Positions 36,813 through 49,344 of a stretch of DNA of 64,000 nucleotides are shown piece by piece. Numbering within the stretch: the first letter of the stretch is position 1; each line of letters opens with the position of its first letter. The DNA is from Heterodontus francisci (Eukaryota). The DNA lies in assembly GCF_036365525.1 (NCBI RefSeq), contig NW_027140807.1:1426001-1490000 (forward strand). The letters run 5' to 3'. Below the pieces are notes generated by a model. That model was not told the DNA's origin. It did no database searches and saw only the letters and a list, made by a program, of their open reading frames with translations. Both the position numbers and the translations under genes were made by a program.

Positions 36813-38784
36813 AGAGACAGCAGGAAATGACAGTGTAAACACATCCACACTTCCCAGTCTCTGGCTCTGTGTCGGGGATGTGTTGGTAAGATGGGGAGTC
36901 ACTGGGAGATTGTTTTCTGTCAGTGAGTGAGAGAAAGAGCCCTGGGCTCTCGCTGTGTTTTATTTCTGTTCAAAAATGCTTTGCTTTATTTGAATCTAAT
37001 TTATTTCTTATTCCCAAGGAGAATCTTTTTGGAAGCTGCAGCTGTGATGATGCAAAGGTAGAATCTTTAGGCCACGTGGAATTCTCAGACAAGAGCTTTA
37101 ACCAGGGAGGGAAAATAATAATAAATATATATTTGTCATTGTCAAGTTCATTTCTAAATACAAAAAAGAAGACTGTGTGTGATTTCGGGGCTGATAGAAA
37201 AACAAAGTGCTGGAAATGCTCAGTATTTCCAGCACGGTTTTTATTTCAAATTGCCAGCATCTGCAGTATTTTGATTTTGTGTTTTCGGGGGTCTGTGGCT
37301 TTTCTCCCAATAGGGAGGGGGCTGGAGGGCGCTCCCGAAGGGAATAGTTTGGGAAGCGCTGCTCCAGAACAGTCAATGTAATCCCGTAGATTTCCCTCTC
37401 TCCATCTCTTGCTGCAACTTGTTCCCTGCACCTTCCTCCTTGTTCCTAGTTCTTTTTCTTCACATCTTTAAATCTCTATCTCTATCTCTCAACATCCTTT
37501 CTTTCTCTGCCCCTCGCTAGAGTCTCACAGGTTTCCATTGTCACTCTCTTTCTGCGATTCTCTGCATCTTTATCTGTCTCTCTCTCTCTTCTCCCACTCA
37601 CTTCCAAATCCCTGAATCTTTCCATCTCTGCTCCTCCTTTCCTGCAAGATTATCTCTGCATTTCCCCCATCCCGGGACACCCCTCTCTTATCTGGAAACG
37701 CGTCTTACTTTGTATCTCTGCCCCTCCACTTCTTTCTGTCTCTGCATCTCTCTTTGTCTGCGATCTTTCTCAATATCTACATCTCTGTGTATGTCTCCAT
37801 TTCTCTCTCTCTCTGCCCTTCTCGGTATTTCTGTCCCTCTGTTCTCAGTTTCTCTCACTGGTTTCGGACTCCAGCTCCATTTCCATTTATTTCTCTCTCT
37901 TTCTGTTCTGTCCTAATCCTGGAATCTGTTTTCTGTGTCACTCTCCCTCTGTCTGGGGGTGGATTTGAACTAGCTGCCTTGGTGTTGTACAGGGTGATTG
38001 TGAAGTGGGATCCTGCTTTCCATCTCTGCCCAGTTTTGCTCCCATTGATGTAAAAACAGGGGGGAGGAGCTGAACGGACAGCCGATTCACAACCACCCTC
38101 CTCCCCTCCATCCTGGTTTGCACCATTGGCACCAAGTCCGAGTCCAGCCCAGTGTTTCTTTGACTCTCTGTGTATCTGCTCCCTGACTGTCTCTGCCTGT
38201 CTCCTTGTGGCTCAATGGGGGAAGGGACAGATCAGCCATGATCTAACATGGGTGGGTCAGGCTCAAAAGGCTGAATGGCCTCCTCCCGTCCCTGTGCCAG
38301 TCAGTGTGTGAGTGTTTGTGTGTGTCTCCCTCTGTTTGATTCCCTGAAGCCGATGGGGAGAACAGGTGAAACACCTTTCTGCAGAGAGGGATGTGTCTGG
38401 AGCTGGGATCTTCCTGTGCATTAAAGGCTCAGAATGCCAGTTAGCCTCTGAAGGTCCTTGCTCTATGCCCGGCCCAGTGTTTGGCCTGACATGAGTTAAA
38501 GGTGCCGGTGCTCTGGGAGCCTGTTGATGGAATTCCACTGGCTTATCCAGATCAGGAATTAAAGTGAACGAAGGGTTGTCGGGAGACGGAGCCAAACCGA
38601 GGTAAGTGATGGAGGTGGGAATAACACGGGGGGGGGGGGGGTGCGGGGAGTGGGCTGTTCACGGGGGAGATGATACAGTGTGGGATTAAATAAAGGGGTT
38701 GCTTTTACACGACAGGGAGGGTATTCAGAAAGGGGAAGTGTTCACAGTGGAGGGTAGGGGGCAGAATTAGATTACGGTCAGTTA

Positions 38785-39450
38785 ATGGGGGGTATTTGGA
38801 TGGGAGTCTGCTCCTGGGGGTATTTAGATGGGGGTCTGTTCACAGAAGGGGGCAGTATTTAGATGGGGGTCTGTTGCGGACGGGTATAGAGATGGGAGTT
38901 TGTTCCCGGGAGGTATTTAGATGGGTGTTTGTTCCGGGGGCTATTCAGATGGGAAATTTTTCCCGGGGTGTATTCAGATAGGGGTTTGTTCCTGGTGGGG
39001 GTTAGATGGGAGTTTGTTCCTGGGGGGGTATTTAGATGGGGGTCTGGTCCTGAGGGGGGGTTTATTCAGATGGAAGCAAGTTACTGGGGGGTATTTAGAT
39101 GGGAGTATGTTCACGGGTGGGAGGTATTGAAATGGGAGCTTGTTCTCGGGGTGTATTTAGATGGGAGTCTGTTCCTGGGGGGTACTTAGATGGGAGTCTG
39201 TTCCCGGGGGGTATTTCGATGGGAGTCTGTCTGGGGGGGGGGGTGGTATTTTGATGGGGGTCTGTTCGCGGGGGGATATTTAGATGGGAGTCTGTTGCCG
39301 GGGGTATTTCGATGGGTTGTCTTGTAACATAGGGAAGGGGATAATTAGATGGGTTCTGTTGATAATGAGGGTATTAGATGGGGGTCAGTTAACAGGAGAT
39401 ATCAGATCGGGGTCTGCAGACGAGGATTATTTAGATTGGGGGGGGTCTGT
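38785..39450 (+). repeat. About 28-bp G-rich minisatellite (GGGGGTATTTAGATGGGAGTCTGTTCCT)
   Basis: About 20 diverged copies. Confidence 0.88.
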
Positions 39451-39569
39451 GCAAGGGGGAGATGTTTTCTGGGGGGGGAAATATTGCAGGGAAAAAGATT
39501 TGCTTGGTGCACAAAAATTGCAGGGGGTGGATAAATTGAGGGGTGGATAAATTGATGGGGTGGATAGGG

Positions 39570-40900
39570 TCAGAAAAAGACAGAAAAAGTCAGAAAGAGA
39601 GAGAGAAATGATAGAAAGAGAAATAGAGAAGACAGAAAGATACAAAGAAAGAGAGAGAAAAAGAAGGAGAGAAAAGATAGAAAGAGACAGAGAAAAGATA
39701 GAAGTAGACAAGAAAGAGAGAGACAAGGTGAGAGTAAAAGAAAGAGAGAAAAGATAGAAAGAGAAAGAGAGAAGATAGAAATAGAAAGAGAGAAGATAGA
39801 AAAGAAAGAAAGAGACAGAAACAGAAAAGAGAGAGAAACTCAGAGAAATAGAGAAAAGACAGAGAGACAGAAATAGAGAAAAGACAGAAAAAGTCAGAAA
39901 TAGAGAATTGAAGGAAAGTCAGAATAAGAAAAAGGACAGAAAGAGAGAGAAAAAGAGGAGGGGAAAAAGTGGAGGGAAAGAACAAAGACTCAAAGAAATT
40001 GCAGGCACCAAAGAGACAGACAGAAAGCCAATGAGAAAGACACAGAGAATCACAGAGAGATTGAAAGAGATGACAGAGAAAGCCATTGAGACAGAAAGAC
40101 GCACAATCACTCAGAGAGAGAGAGAAACACAAAGTGAGGGAGAGAGAGAGAGATGGAGGAACACAGAGAGGGAGAAATACAGAGAGCAGAGATTGAGGAA
40201 CAGAGAGAGAGAGAGAGTAACAGAGTCAGAAATACAAAGTGAGGGAGAGATTGAGAAATAGAGAGAATGAGAGAGAGATTTAGTGCGAGAGAGAGAGTGA
40301 TTGAGTGCGAGAGAGAGAGAGACATTGAGTGCGAGAGAGAGAGAGGGAGAGATTGAGTGCGAGAGAGAGAGAGACTTCAGTGCGAGAGAGAGAGAGATTC
40401 CAGTGCGAGAGAGAGAGAGATTTCAGTGCGAGAGAGAGATTTCAGTGCGAGACAGAGATTTCAGTGTGAGAGAGAGAGATTTCAGTGAGAGAGAATTCAG
40501 TGAGAGACAGAATTCAGTGAGAGACAGAATTCAGTGAGATTCAGAGAGAGAGATTCAGTGAGAGAGATATTGAGTGAGAGAGAGATTGAGTGAGAGAGAG
40601 ATTGAGAGAGCGAGAGATTGAGTGAGAGAGATTGAGTGAGAGAGAGATTGAGTGAGAGAGAGATTGAGTGAGAGGGAGATTCAGTGAGAGAGAGATTCAG
40701 TGAGAGAGAGATTGAGTGACAGAGAGAATTCAGTGAGAGAGAGAATTCAGTGAGAGAGAGAAATCAGTGAGAGGGAGATTGACTGAGGGAGACTGAGTGA
40801 GAGAGAGAATTCAGTGAGAGGGAGATTCAGTGAGAGGGAGATTCAGTGAGAGAGACTGAGTGAAAGAAACTGAGTCAGAAGGAGGGAGAAAGGGAGAGAG
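39570..40900 (+). repeat. GA-rich low complexity sequence plus (GAGAGAGATTCAGT)n minisatellite (40270-40865)
   Basis: Direct inspection. Confidence 0.88.
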
Positions 40901-42684
40901 AGACAATAAAGATGTGATACACACCATCCCACACCGTCTGCGTTCCATCGTTGGACTCTAACACCATCTCTCCATCAACTCATCCATGGGGAAAAGATCC
41001 TGGAGAGGGGCATTGGGGTGGGATTTGGAGATAAGCGTCAGGACTGGGACAGAGAGAGCAGGGGAATCAGACTGGACATTCACACACACACATACACTGT
41101 AATCAGCTTGCAATTCACCTGGGCACAGAGACACAGAGACTGAAACACAGAAACTCACCTTCAGAAACCAGCCGCATGGAAAGAAAGAATGGAGGCTGAT
41201 GTTGTCCTAATATATCCCAGAACCTGTCACTCAAAACAGCCAGTCCACCCAAAATACAGCTTATCCAACCAGCTACAAGCTTCCTCCATCTGGACACTCC
41301 CTCCCAGGTATGAGACAGTCCAAGGTGAGTTTCTGTGCAAACAGGGAATGGTAGAGAGAGGGATATTCCAGCCATATCCCAAATGGACCATTCCAGACAG
41401 AAACCTGTCTGTCTGTTTGTCTCTCTCTCCCTCCCCCAAAAACCTCATGAACAGAGCAGAAAAGCTGCTGTCATTTAAAACCTGGAGGGGCCGGTTTGGA
41501 TAATGGCCATTTAACACTGATTGTATTAAATGTCTTTCACTATTCACATCCAGTTAACAGAAAGTTCAGAAAATGACTCACTGCAATTACCTTGAAATTG
41601 TGACAAAGTGTTATTGCTGGAGAGGCCGGTTTGACTGCAGTATAAACAGGCAGTTTTTATTCGGTTTTTCAATTTCACTGTATGACAAAGAGTGAAACTG
41701 GAGCCAGGTTAATGCGGCAGCCAAGAGAACTTTTATAACCAGTGACATTTCACACAACAATTCGTACCCAAATTTACTGTTATATTTGTCAATGATTCTT
41801 TGTAGTTTATTTGCTGCTGCTGTATTTATGCATTAGCCTGTAATCAATCGAAAAAACCTCCTGAACATTCGCCAGTTTAATGTTACAAGGGTTCACAAAG
41901 CTGGGAAATGGACATTTATCTTAAATGATATTTAAGATCTTCCACTTTTCACCTCCAGTTTATATAAAGTTCAGCGATAAAGACCTCTACATTCTGACAA
42001 AGAGTTTTTACTGCTGCAATAAAGTGTCACTTGTTTCCATTTGCTTCCTGACTGTTTCTTTCCTCTGTTCTCCTGGGGGATTCAGAGGGATTTTTGTTCA
42101 TTGTTTGTCCAAATTCCTCTGCAGCTGCTGTCCTGGAGAAATTAATTATATTGTATTCAAAATCTTTCCCTCAGTTTGGAGATATGAGGAGAGACTGTTT
42201 TCACTAGCAGAGGGGAGAAACAAATAGGCAGGGAGTTGCTCTGGTCTGGAATTCACTGTCTGACAGGTTTCTGAAAGCAGATTCAATATTAACTTTCAAA
42301 ATACAATCGGATCAAAACTTCAATTTCTCTGAATTATAGTAGAGAAGATACCAGCAGAGAGAAGTGAGAGCGAGACAGAGATGCCATAACCATAGTGATG
42401 AAGAATTGAACACCACTTATATAGAGAGTTTTTATTTGAAAATGATTGAGTTTAATTTGATGCTGTTAATTTATTTATCCATTACCTTTAATCATTTAAA
42501 ATAATTTTCCAAACAGTAACGAGTTTAATGTTACAAGTGTTTACATCGTAGTAAAATAGCCACTTTACACAAACTGTATTGAAATTATTTTATTGAGCAT
42601 CTCAAGTTTACAGAAAGAAAATTCCGCAAACTTGTAAAAACTTTCAAACATTCAGCAACACAGAATCTCGATCAGCAACGGCTC

Positions 42685-43010
42685 AGCATCTCCATCTCCT
42701 GGTGCCCCTCTCTCACTGCAGTTACAGTCTCCCTCTCACCATCTCCATCTGCTGGTGTCCCTCTCTCACTGCAGTTGCTGCCCCCTCTCACCATCTCCAT
42801 CTGCTGGTGTCCCTGCCTCACTGCAGTTACTGCCCCTCTCCCCACCTCACAATCACTGCCATTTGCAGCTTTGTCCACTGGCGGCGGTTGTTGACAAGGC
42901 AACCACTAGGTGGCGCTGTACTAGCACATGCGCAAATGTACACTGTTCCAATTAAACGTCATGGTCTGCCACGTGCAGGCAGCTGCCAGGACTAAAGATG
43001 GCGCCGGTCA
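42685..43010. promoter_or_regulatory. CTCF/YY1/E-box motif cluster
   Basis: CCACTAGGTGGCGC 42903-42916; 52-bp repeats with minus-strand CCAGCAGATGGAGA; CATGCGCA 42927; CACGTG 42970; AAGATGGCG 42995. Confidence 0.6.
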
Positions 43011-43115
43011 AATAATCACAAAGGTGGGTGGAGGGTGGGAGGTGGAGCTGGGGGTCTGGGGGGGGGGGAGGGGGAATGGGATTTAGTTACAGTGTTTGAA
43101 ACCCTTCAGCTCTTT

Positions 43116-46100
43116 CTATGATTTCACTAATTTAACAATGAGATTGAGAGGGTATTTCACCCCCTTCTTCAGCTCCTGTCTGAATTTAGTCTGGGTCACA
43201 ATGTAAATACATGTGTTGGTGCAGGAACTGAGAATCTGCAGCATCTTTGATGTTTGTTCTGTGATAAAGAGAGGGTCAGTGAGGGAGGAATAATATAGAA
43301 TATCTGCAATTCGACAATAAATGATAAACACAACACGGGTCACCCATAACAGGATAAAACTGCCGGATATACTGAAGAGTAAAATAACTGATTTCCTGCG
43401 ATTCTCCATCTCTGCGTCCTTGTGATTCTCTGCATTGCTGTGGCGCCGGAATCCCCTGCGGACTTTACTGGAGAATAAAATCCGTCTGACAGTCAGAACA
43501 TTGAGCAGCAACATCAGAAAGACCGGGACACAAGGGGTTAAAATGTAATTAAACAATTCAAATGCCCCCAATATGGGGGAAGTAAAGAAACTCAGTTTAT
43601 AAACACAACCCATGGGAACATTATTAATAATGTAATATTGTTCCTGTGTAAAGTACCAGGGGAGAGACTCTAAACAGCCCAGCACACTCACTGTTCCAAC
43701 AACCACAGCCGCCGTTTTCTCGCTGCAATATTTTGTTTTCAGCTTCTCACAACAAATGGCCACAAATCGATCAAAGGTGAAAGTGACTGTGAGCCAGACA
43801 GAAACAACTGTGGATGCAGAAATCAAAACAGCAAGGAGAGAACAGACAGGAGTAATGTTCAGGAATGAATATGGAAAATAAATTGATCCAATCCATCTCA
43901 ATATGGGATTAGTGATAACGACCAGGAGATCAGACACTGCCATTCCCACCAGGTAGACAGTGATACATTTGGAGAGACCGCACTTTCCTCGGGACAGGAT
44001 CACAATCGCCACCAAGTTAACTGGAAGAGAGAGAGAAAAGGAAGCAGAGAAATTACTGATCAGACCTGGAGACAAAGCAGCAGTTTGACAGGATCTGGGC
44101 TGAAATTTCCAGCTTTGTTGCTGCATCGAGCAGTGAAAACTGATTCATTGAACTGGGCAGTGCTTTGTCGAAGTGAAATGTTTGAAAACACAATTATTAA
44201 TAATGAATTGGGAAATTGATATAGAAAGTGAATAAAGTCAGCACTGGATATACTGGAAGTACTGCGTGAGGATGCAGTGTCAGTGGGGAAATGAGAAGGG
44301 GTTTTACAGAGATGGAATCCAATGTGTTAATTGAGAATGTGTCTCCAGACTGTTGGTTAGGAAGGTTTGTGGAGAGCGGGATGGTTTGTTGCTCTGGGTT
44401 TAGGGACTGTTATCAAATGGGAAAAGGCTGAAAACTGCAGCGCTGAGTTTGAGTATCAGCCATGATCTAGAATGGTGGAGCAGGCCCGAAGGGCTGAATG
44501 GCCTCCTCCTACTCATATGTTACTGTATTCCTATCAGGTTGGACGAGGCAGCAGGAGGTGGAGCCAGTGAGGGTAATTGGGAGGGAGAGAAGGAAAAGGA
44601 CATGTTGGAGCTGGAGGGGAGACTGGAGCAAATGGTTTGGGAATGTGGATAAACTGAAGCAATGGATGATGAGGAGACTGAAGATTCAATACAGTGAGAG
44701 GAGAGGCTGAGATTCACAGAGAGAGACTGCAGCAGAGTGTTAGAGGAAATCTAATATATAGATCCCAGCAATACAACTCAATTCATACATTGAAACAATA
44801 ATCCCTGTGGTAATTGGTGTTGGAGCACAGTTTGTACAATATCGTCAATATATTTAGTTTGTAGAGGCAATTAAATATAAATTTAAATATATTTCTGATA
44901 TCAGCCTCGCTCTTTATTGAATTCAGTAGTCACAGAGATTTTAAAGTGCAGTATTTAAATAAAAAATTTCCATCAGTGTAAAACTGATTCTATTCAGATC
45001 ATGCAGTCACTAAGTAAGGAACAGGAACTTTCCACAAAACAAAATGAGGCCCTGACAGAAATCAACACAGAGGAACAAGTCCAACAGGAAAATGAACACA
45101 ATCTGGAAATGACCTGGAAGAGTGTGTAGAAGGGTGGGTTAGTAAATTTGCGGATGACACTAAGGTCGGTGGAGTTGTGGATAGTGCCGAAGGATGTTGT
45201 AGGGTACAGAGGGACATAGATAGGCTGCAGAGCTGGGCTGAGAGATGGCAAATGGAGTTTAATGCGGAAAAGTGCGAGGTGATTTACTTTGAAAGGAGTA
45301 ACAGGAATGCAGAGTACTGGGCTAATGGGAAGATTCTTGGTAGTGTAGATGAACAGAGAGATCTTGGTGTCCAGGTGCATAAATCCCTGAAGGTTGCTAC
45401 CCAGGTTAATAGGGCTGTTAAGAAGGCATATGCTGTGTTAGCTTTTATTAGTAGGGGGATCGAGTTTCGGAGGCACGAGGTCATGCTGCAGCTGTACAAA
45501 ACTCTGATGAGACCGCACCAGGAGTATTGCGTGCAGTTCTGGTCACCGCATTATAGGAAGGATGTGGAAGCTATGGAAAGGGTGCAGAGGAGATTTACTA
45601 GGATGTTGCCTGGTATGGAGGGAAGGTCTTACGAGGAAAGGCTGAGGGACTTGAGGTTGTTTTCGTTTGAGAGAAGGAGGAGGAGAGGTGACTTAATAGA
45701 GACATTTAAGATAATCAGAGGGTTGGATAGGGTGGATAGTGAGAGTCTTTTTCCTCGGATGGTGATGGCAAACACGAGGGGACATAGCTTCAAGTTGAGG
45801 GGTGATAGATATAGGACAGATGTCAGAGGTAGTTTCTTTACTCAGAGAGTAGTAGGGGCGTGGAGCGCCCTGCCTGCAACAGTAGTAGACTCGCCCACTT
45901 TAAGGGCATTTAAGTGGTCATTGGATAGACATATGGATGAAAATGGAATAGTGTAGGTCAGATGGTTTCACAGGTCTGCGCAACATCGAGGGCCGAAGGG
46001 CCTGTACTGCGCTGTAATGTTCTATGTTCTATGTTCTATCAGTGTAGAACTGATTCTATTCTGTTTATTCAGTCACTAAGTAAGGAATAGGAACTTTCTA

Positions 46101-47429
46101 CAAAACAAAATGAGGACCTGACAGAAATCATCACAGATGATCAAATCCAACAGGAAAATGAACACAATCTGACAGCAGACAACTTCAACTCACAGTTTCT
46201 CTCACTAATTGTTCTGGACATTCCAGCACCTTATGATAGCGAATTATTTACACTGCTGCTTCTTTCTCTTACTTCTGCTTATCTCTTTCCATCGGTTTCG
46301 TTCCCCCTGCTCCTTTTCTCCTTCCCTATCTCTCACACCCTGTAAATTGTTACTTAATGATGCTTTTCACATAGGATTTATTTCTAACATTCTGCGTCTG
46401 TGTTCTGTTCACCAGCCCCAGGTTCAATTATTCTATTCTCAGAGTAAGTTTGTTCAACGGTGAAACCTCTGTGAATAATTTAATGCATCTACAGAACATT
46501 CAAGTCTCCACCTGTTCACCTGCACTCTTCACATCATCTACAACATATGGAATAAACAGGATCGAAAGCTACTTCCAGACAAACCTCACAGTCATTGAAA
46601 TTACTTCTCCTGGAATTATAAAGTAATCTGTTAGAATGTGGGATTGTTTAATTAATAAAACACCAACATCAGCGCTGCAGCTGATAATCTACAGAAAGAC
46701 TCTTGATTCCAACTGATCGAGTGAAAACCAATAAAACATCATATCAATACTTTCTATTTTACAATGTAGTCCAGTGACAGTGAAGGGTCCACAGTGAAGC
46801 AGAGAAGGGGAAGTGAAAGTGTCAGCAGCAAACTCAGTTCAGTAGCCAGACTTCTGAAGCAGTGTCAGACACACACAGAGTGAAATAATGTTTGATAACA
46901 GTGATAATCAATAAATACATTGAAATCCCAGTTAAACTGAGCCATGTTATTGGGGAGGGAGGATATTGTTCTGTTCCCTTGTAACACTGAGACTGTGAGA
47001 TGTCTCATTATCAATCACTAAAAAGATATCATAAAAATATTCCAGGACCGGTTAGATCCACATCATGAAAATGTTAAAAACTCCGAATGGTCTGATTATT
47101 AATCGTAACAGAGAACATGATTTGAATGCAGTCAATACACAGAATAATCCAGTAAGAATGCCACGGTTACTGAAACCAATACAATAAAAGACATGACACA
47201 TCTCCTGCAGCACTGAAAGAATAGACAATGAGGAGATTCCATCAGTAAATTGCTGGAAAAGAATAGGTGGCTGTGTAACACACACAGTGAGAAATAATAC
47301 CGAGTACAGCAGCACAGTTAACATCGATTTACACCATTAACAGCTGAGATTCTGCTTACCAGGAACTCCAATTGCTGCAAGTACTGGATAGTAAATGAAT
47401 ATGAACTGATACATTACTGGATATCCCAT
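43116..47429 (-). CDS. Class A orphan GPCR, GPR139/GPR142-like family; exon 1 47360-47429, exon 2 43116-44020; 324 aa
   Basis: Exon 1 MGYPVMYQFIFIYYPVLAAIGVP plus G|GTAAGC; acceptor CTCTTCCAG|TTAAC; spliced frame open for 975 nt; seven hydrophobic segments, AVSDLL (TM2), TFDRFVAIC, SSCTNTCIY, TAG stop. Confidence 0.9.
45106..46037 (+). mobile_element. 5'-truncated CR1 in the GPCR intron
   Basis: FADDTKVGG through the ORF end (259-aa ORF 45177-45956); (TTCTATG)n tail. Confidence 0.93.
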
Positions 47430-48087
47430 TCCTGTGAGAAGCAGAGGCTTCTATTAGCCTGGAATCCACAGCTCCACCAGGCACTCTGAGCTGATCCAAT
47501 CCATTGGGTCCTAATTTATACAGGGGATAAGTCTCCACTGACACGGTGATACTCCTAATCATTGCTATTAGTTATACTCACCTCAACAAACACATTACAT
47601 CAGCAGCTTTGATGCTGATGTAAATAATGTGGTGGATAAAACACAATCATTTCAATGTCAATGACATTTTCTTTGTAAGGCCTCTCTCGGGAATGAACCT
47701 GAAAACCGTCCTCATACTGCACGGATGCTACAATTATGAGAGGCGTCATTTATATTTGCCATATTATTGTATTGACCTTATTCACTCCTGGCATTTCTGT
47801 TGTAAATGTAACTGATCTGTCTGCAGTGGACACTGAATCCAGGGACAAAAGCAATTACGTTTCACTCTGTTCCTGTCTTTTCCCCAGTTAAAATGTGAAC
47901 TTTGTGGATCTGATTCAGGACAGTGTTCAGGGTTACAGCCCAGAAACTACTGTGGGTGATATTGGGGGTCAGACACTGTACACAGCCATTAGGGAGGCAG
48001 TCGCATATTGATAATATCACTGCTCAAGTAATCCAGAGGCCCAACCTGATGTGCTGGGGACAGGGTTCAAAACTCACCTTGGCAGCT

Positions 48088-48568
48088 GTATAAAATAGAG
48101 GGAGCTCCCTCTCTCTGCATAAAGTGGAGAGAGCTCCCTCTGTATGTATACAGTGGAGGAAGCTCCCTCTCTTTGTTTCAAGTGCAGGGAGCTCCCTCTC
48201 TATGTATAAAGTGGAGGGAGCTCATTCTCTATGTCTTAAATGGAGGGAGCTTCCTCTCTATGTATAAAGAGGAGGGAACTCCCTCTCTATGTATATAGTT
48301 TAGGGAGCACCCTCTCTATGTATAAATTGGAGCGAGCTCCCCCTCTATGAATAAAATAGTGGGAGCTCCCCCTCTACGTATAAAGTGGAGGCAGCTCCCT
48401 CTCTATGTATAAAGTGGAGGCAGCTCCCTCTCTACGTATAAACTGGAGTGAGCACCCTCTGTACGTATGCAGTAGAGCGAGCTCCCTCTCTATGTATACA
48501 GTGCAGTGAGCTCCCTCTCTACGTATAAAGTGGAGGGAGCTATCGCTCTACGTATAAAGTGGAGGGCG
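48088..48568. repeat. 29-bp minisatellite with palindromic core GAGGGAGCTCCCTC
   Basis: About 16 copies of GGAGGGAGCTCCCTCTCTATGTATAAAGT, starting directly after a tRNA-SINE head (47990-48088). Confidence 0.9.
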
Positions 48569-49344
48569 AGTCAGGACAAAGGAGAGAGGGAAATGTAAAC
48601 AAATGGAGTATTGGAGAGAAAAACGAAGTGAAAGACTGAGGGACAGTAGAGTTAGTAAAATTAGACCTTGACAGAACCCCAGAAACAATGTCAATTGTCT
48701 GACCCGTCTGGTATTGGGGATTTAGTGTGAGTGCTTTAGGGCTGAGTTTTTGCTCAAACTGAAGTGACATTCCCAACAAGCGCAAGAGTTACAGATTCAA
48801 AATTAACAACGGAATGGCTCGAAGCATTGCTGTCCATGGAGAGAGGGAAACAGAGATGGAGGGAGAGAGACACAGACAGAATGGGACAGAGACAGAGGGA
48901 GAGAGAGACAGAGAGAGTGTGACAGGGCGGGATTAAATGAGAAACTTTAGATCTAATAATGTTTGAAAAAAGAGAAAATTAAAAACTAAAACTGGCTGTG
49001 TGCAAAAACTAAATTTGAAAGGAAACATTTGGGGTTTAGTGTGAGTGTTTTGGAGGGAACTGTTGGATCAGTGTTTCATATTTTCAAACTGCAGGGACAG
49101 TTATTATTGTGGACAATATATTATCAAAAATGGACAAACTTTAGAAGTAGGGGAAAAGGGAGACAGGGTGTGAGGGGACCTTGACAGAACCTCAGTAAAA
49201 ATCCCCATTATCTGCCCAGTCCTGTATTGGGGGTTTAGTGTGAGAGTTTAGGGAGCGTGTGTTGATCAGTGTTTGATATTTTCAAACTGCAGTGACGTTC
49301 CCAGCAAGGCCAAGAATTGCAGGTTCAAAATTAACCAATAAATG

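Noticed and set aside
44021-44126. ORF-track N-terminus of the GPCR (MQQQSWKF..)
   Set aside because: Intronic read-through; a polypyrimidine acceptor at 44021 and the in-phase exon at 47360-47429 complete TM1
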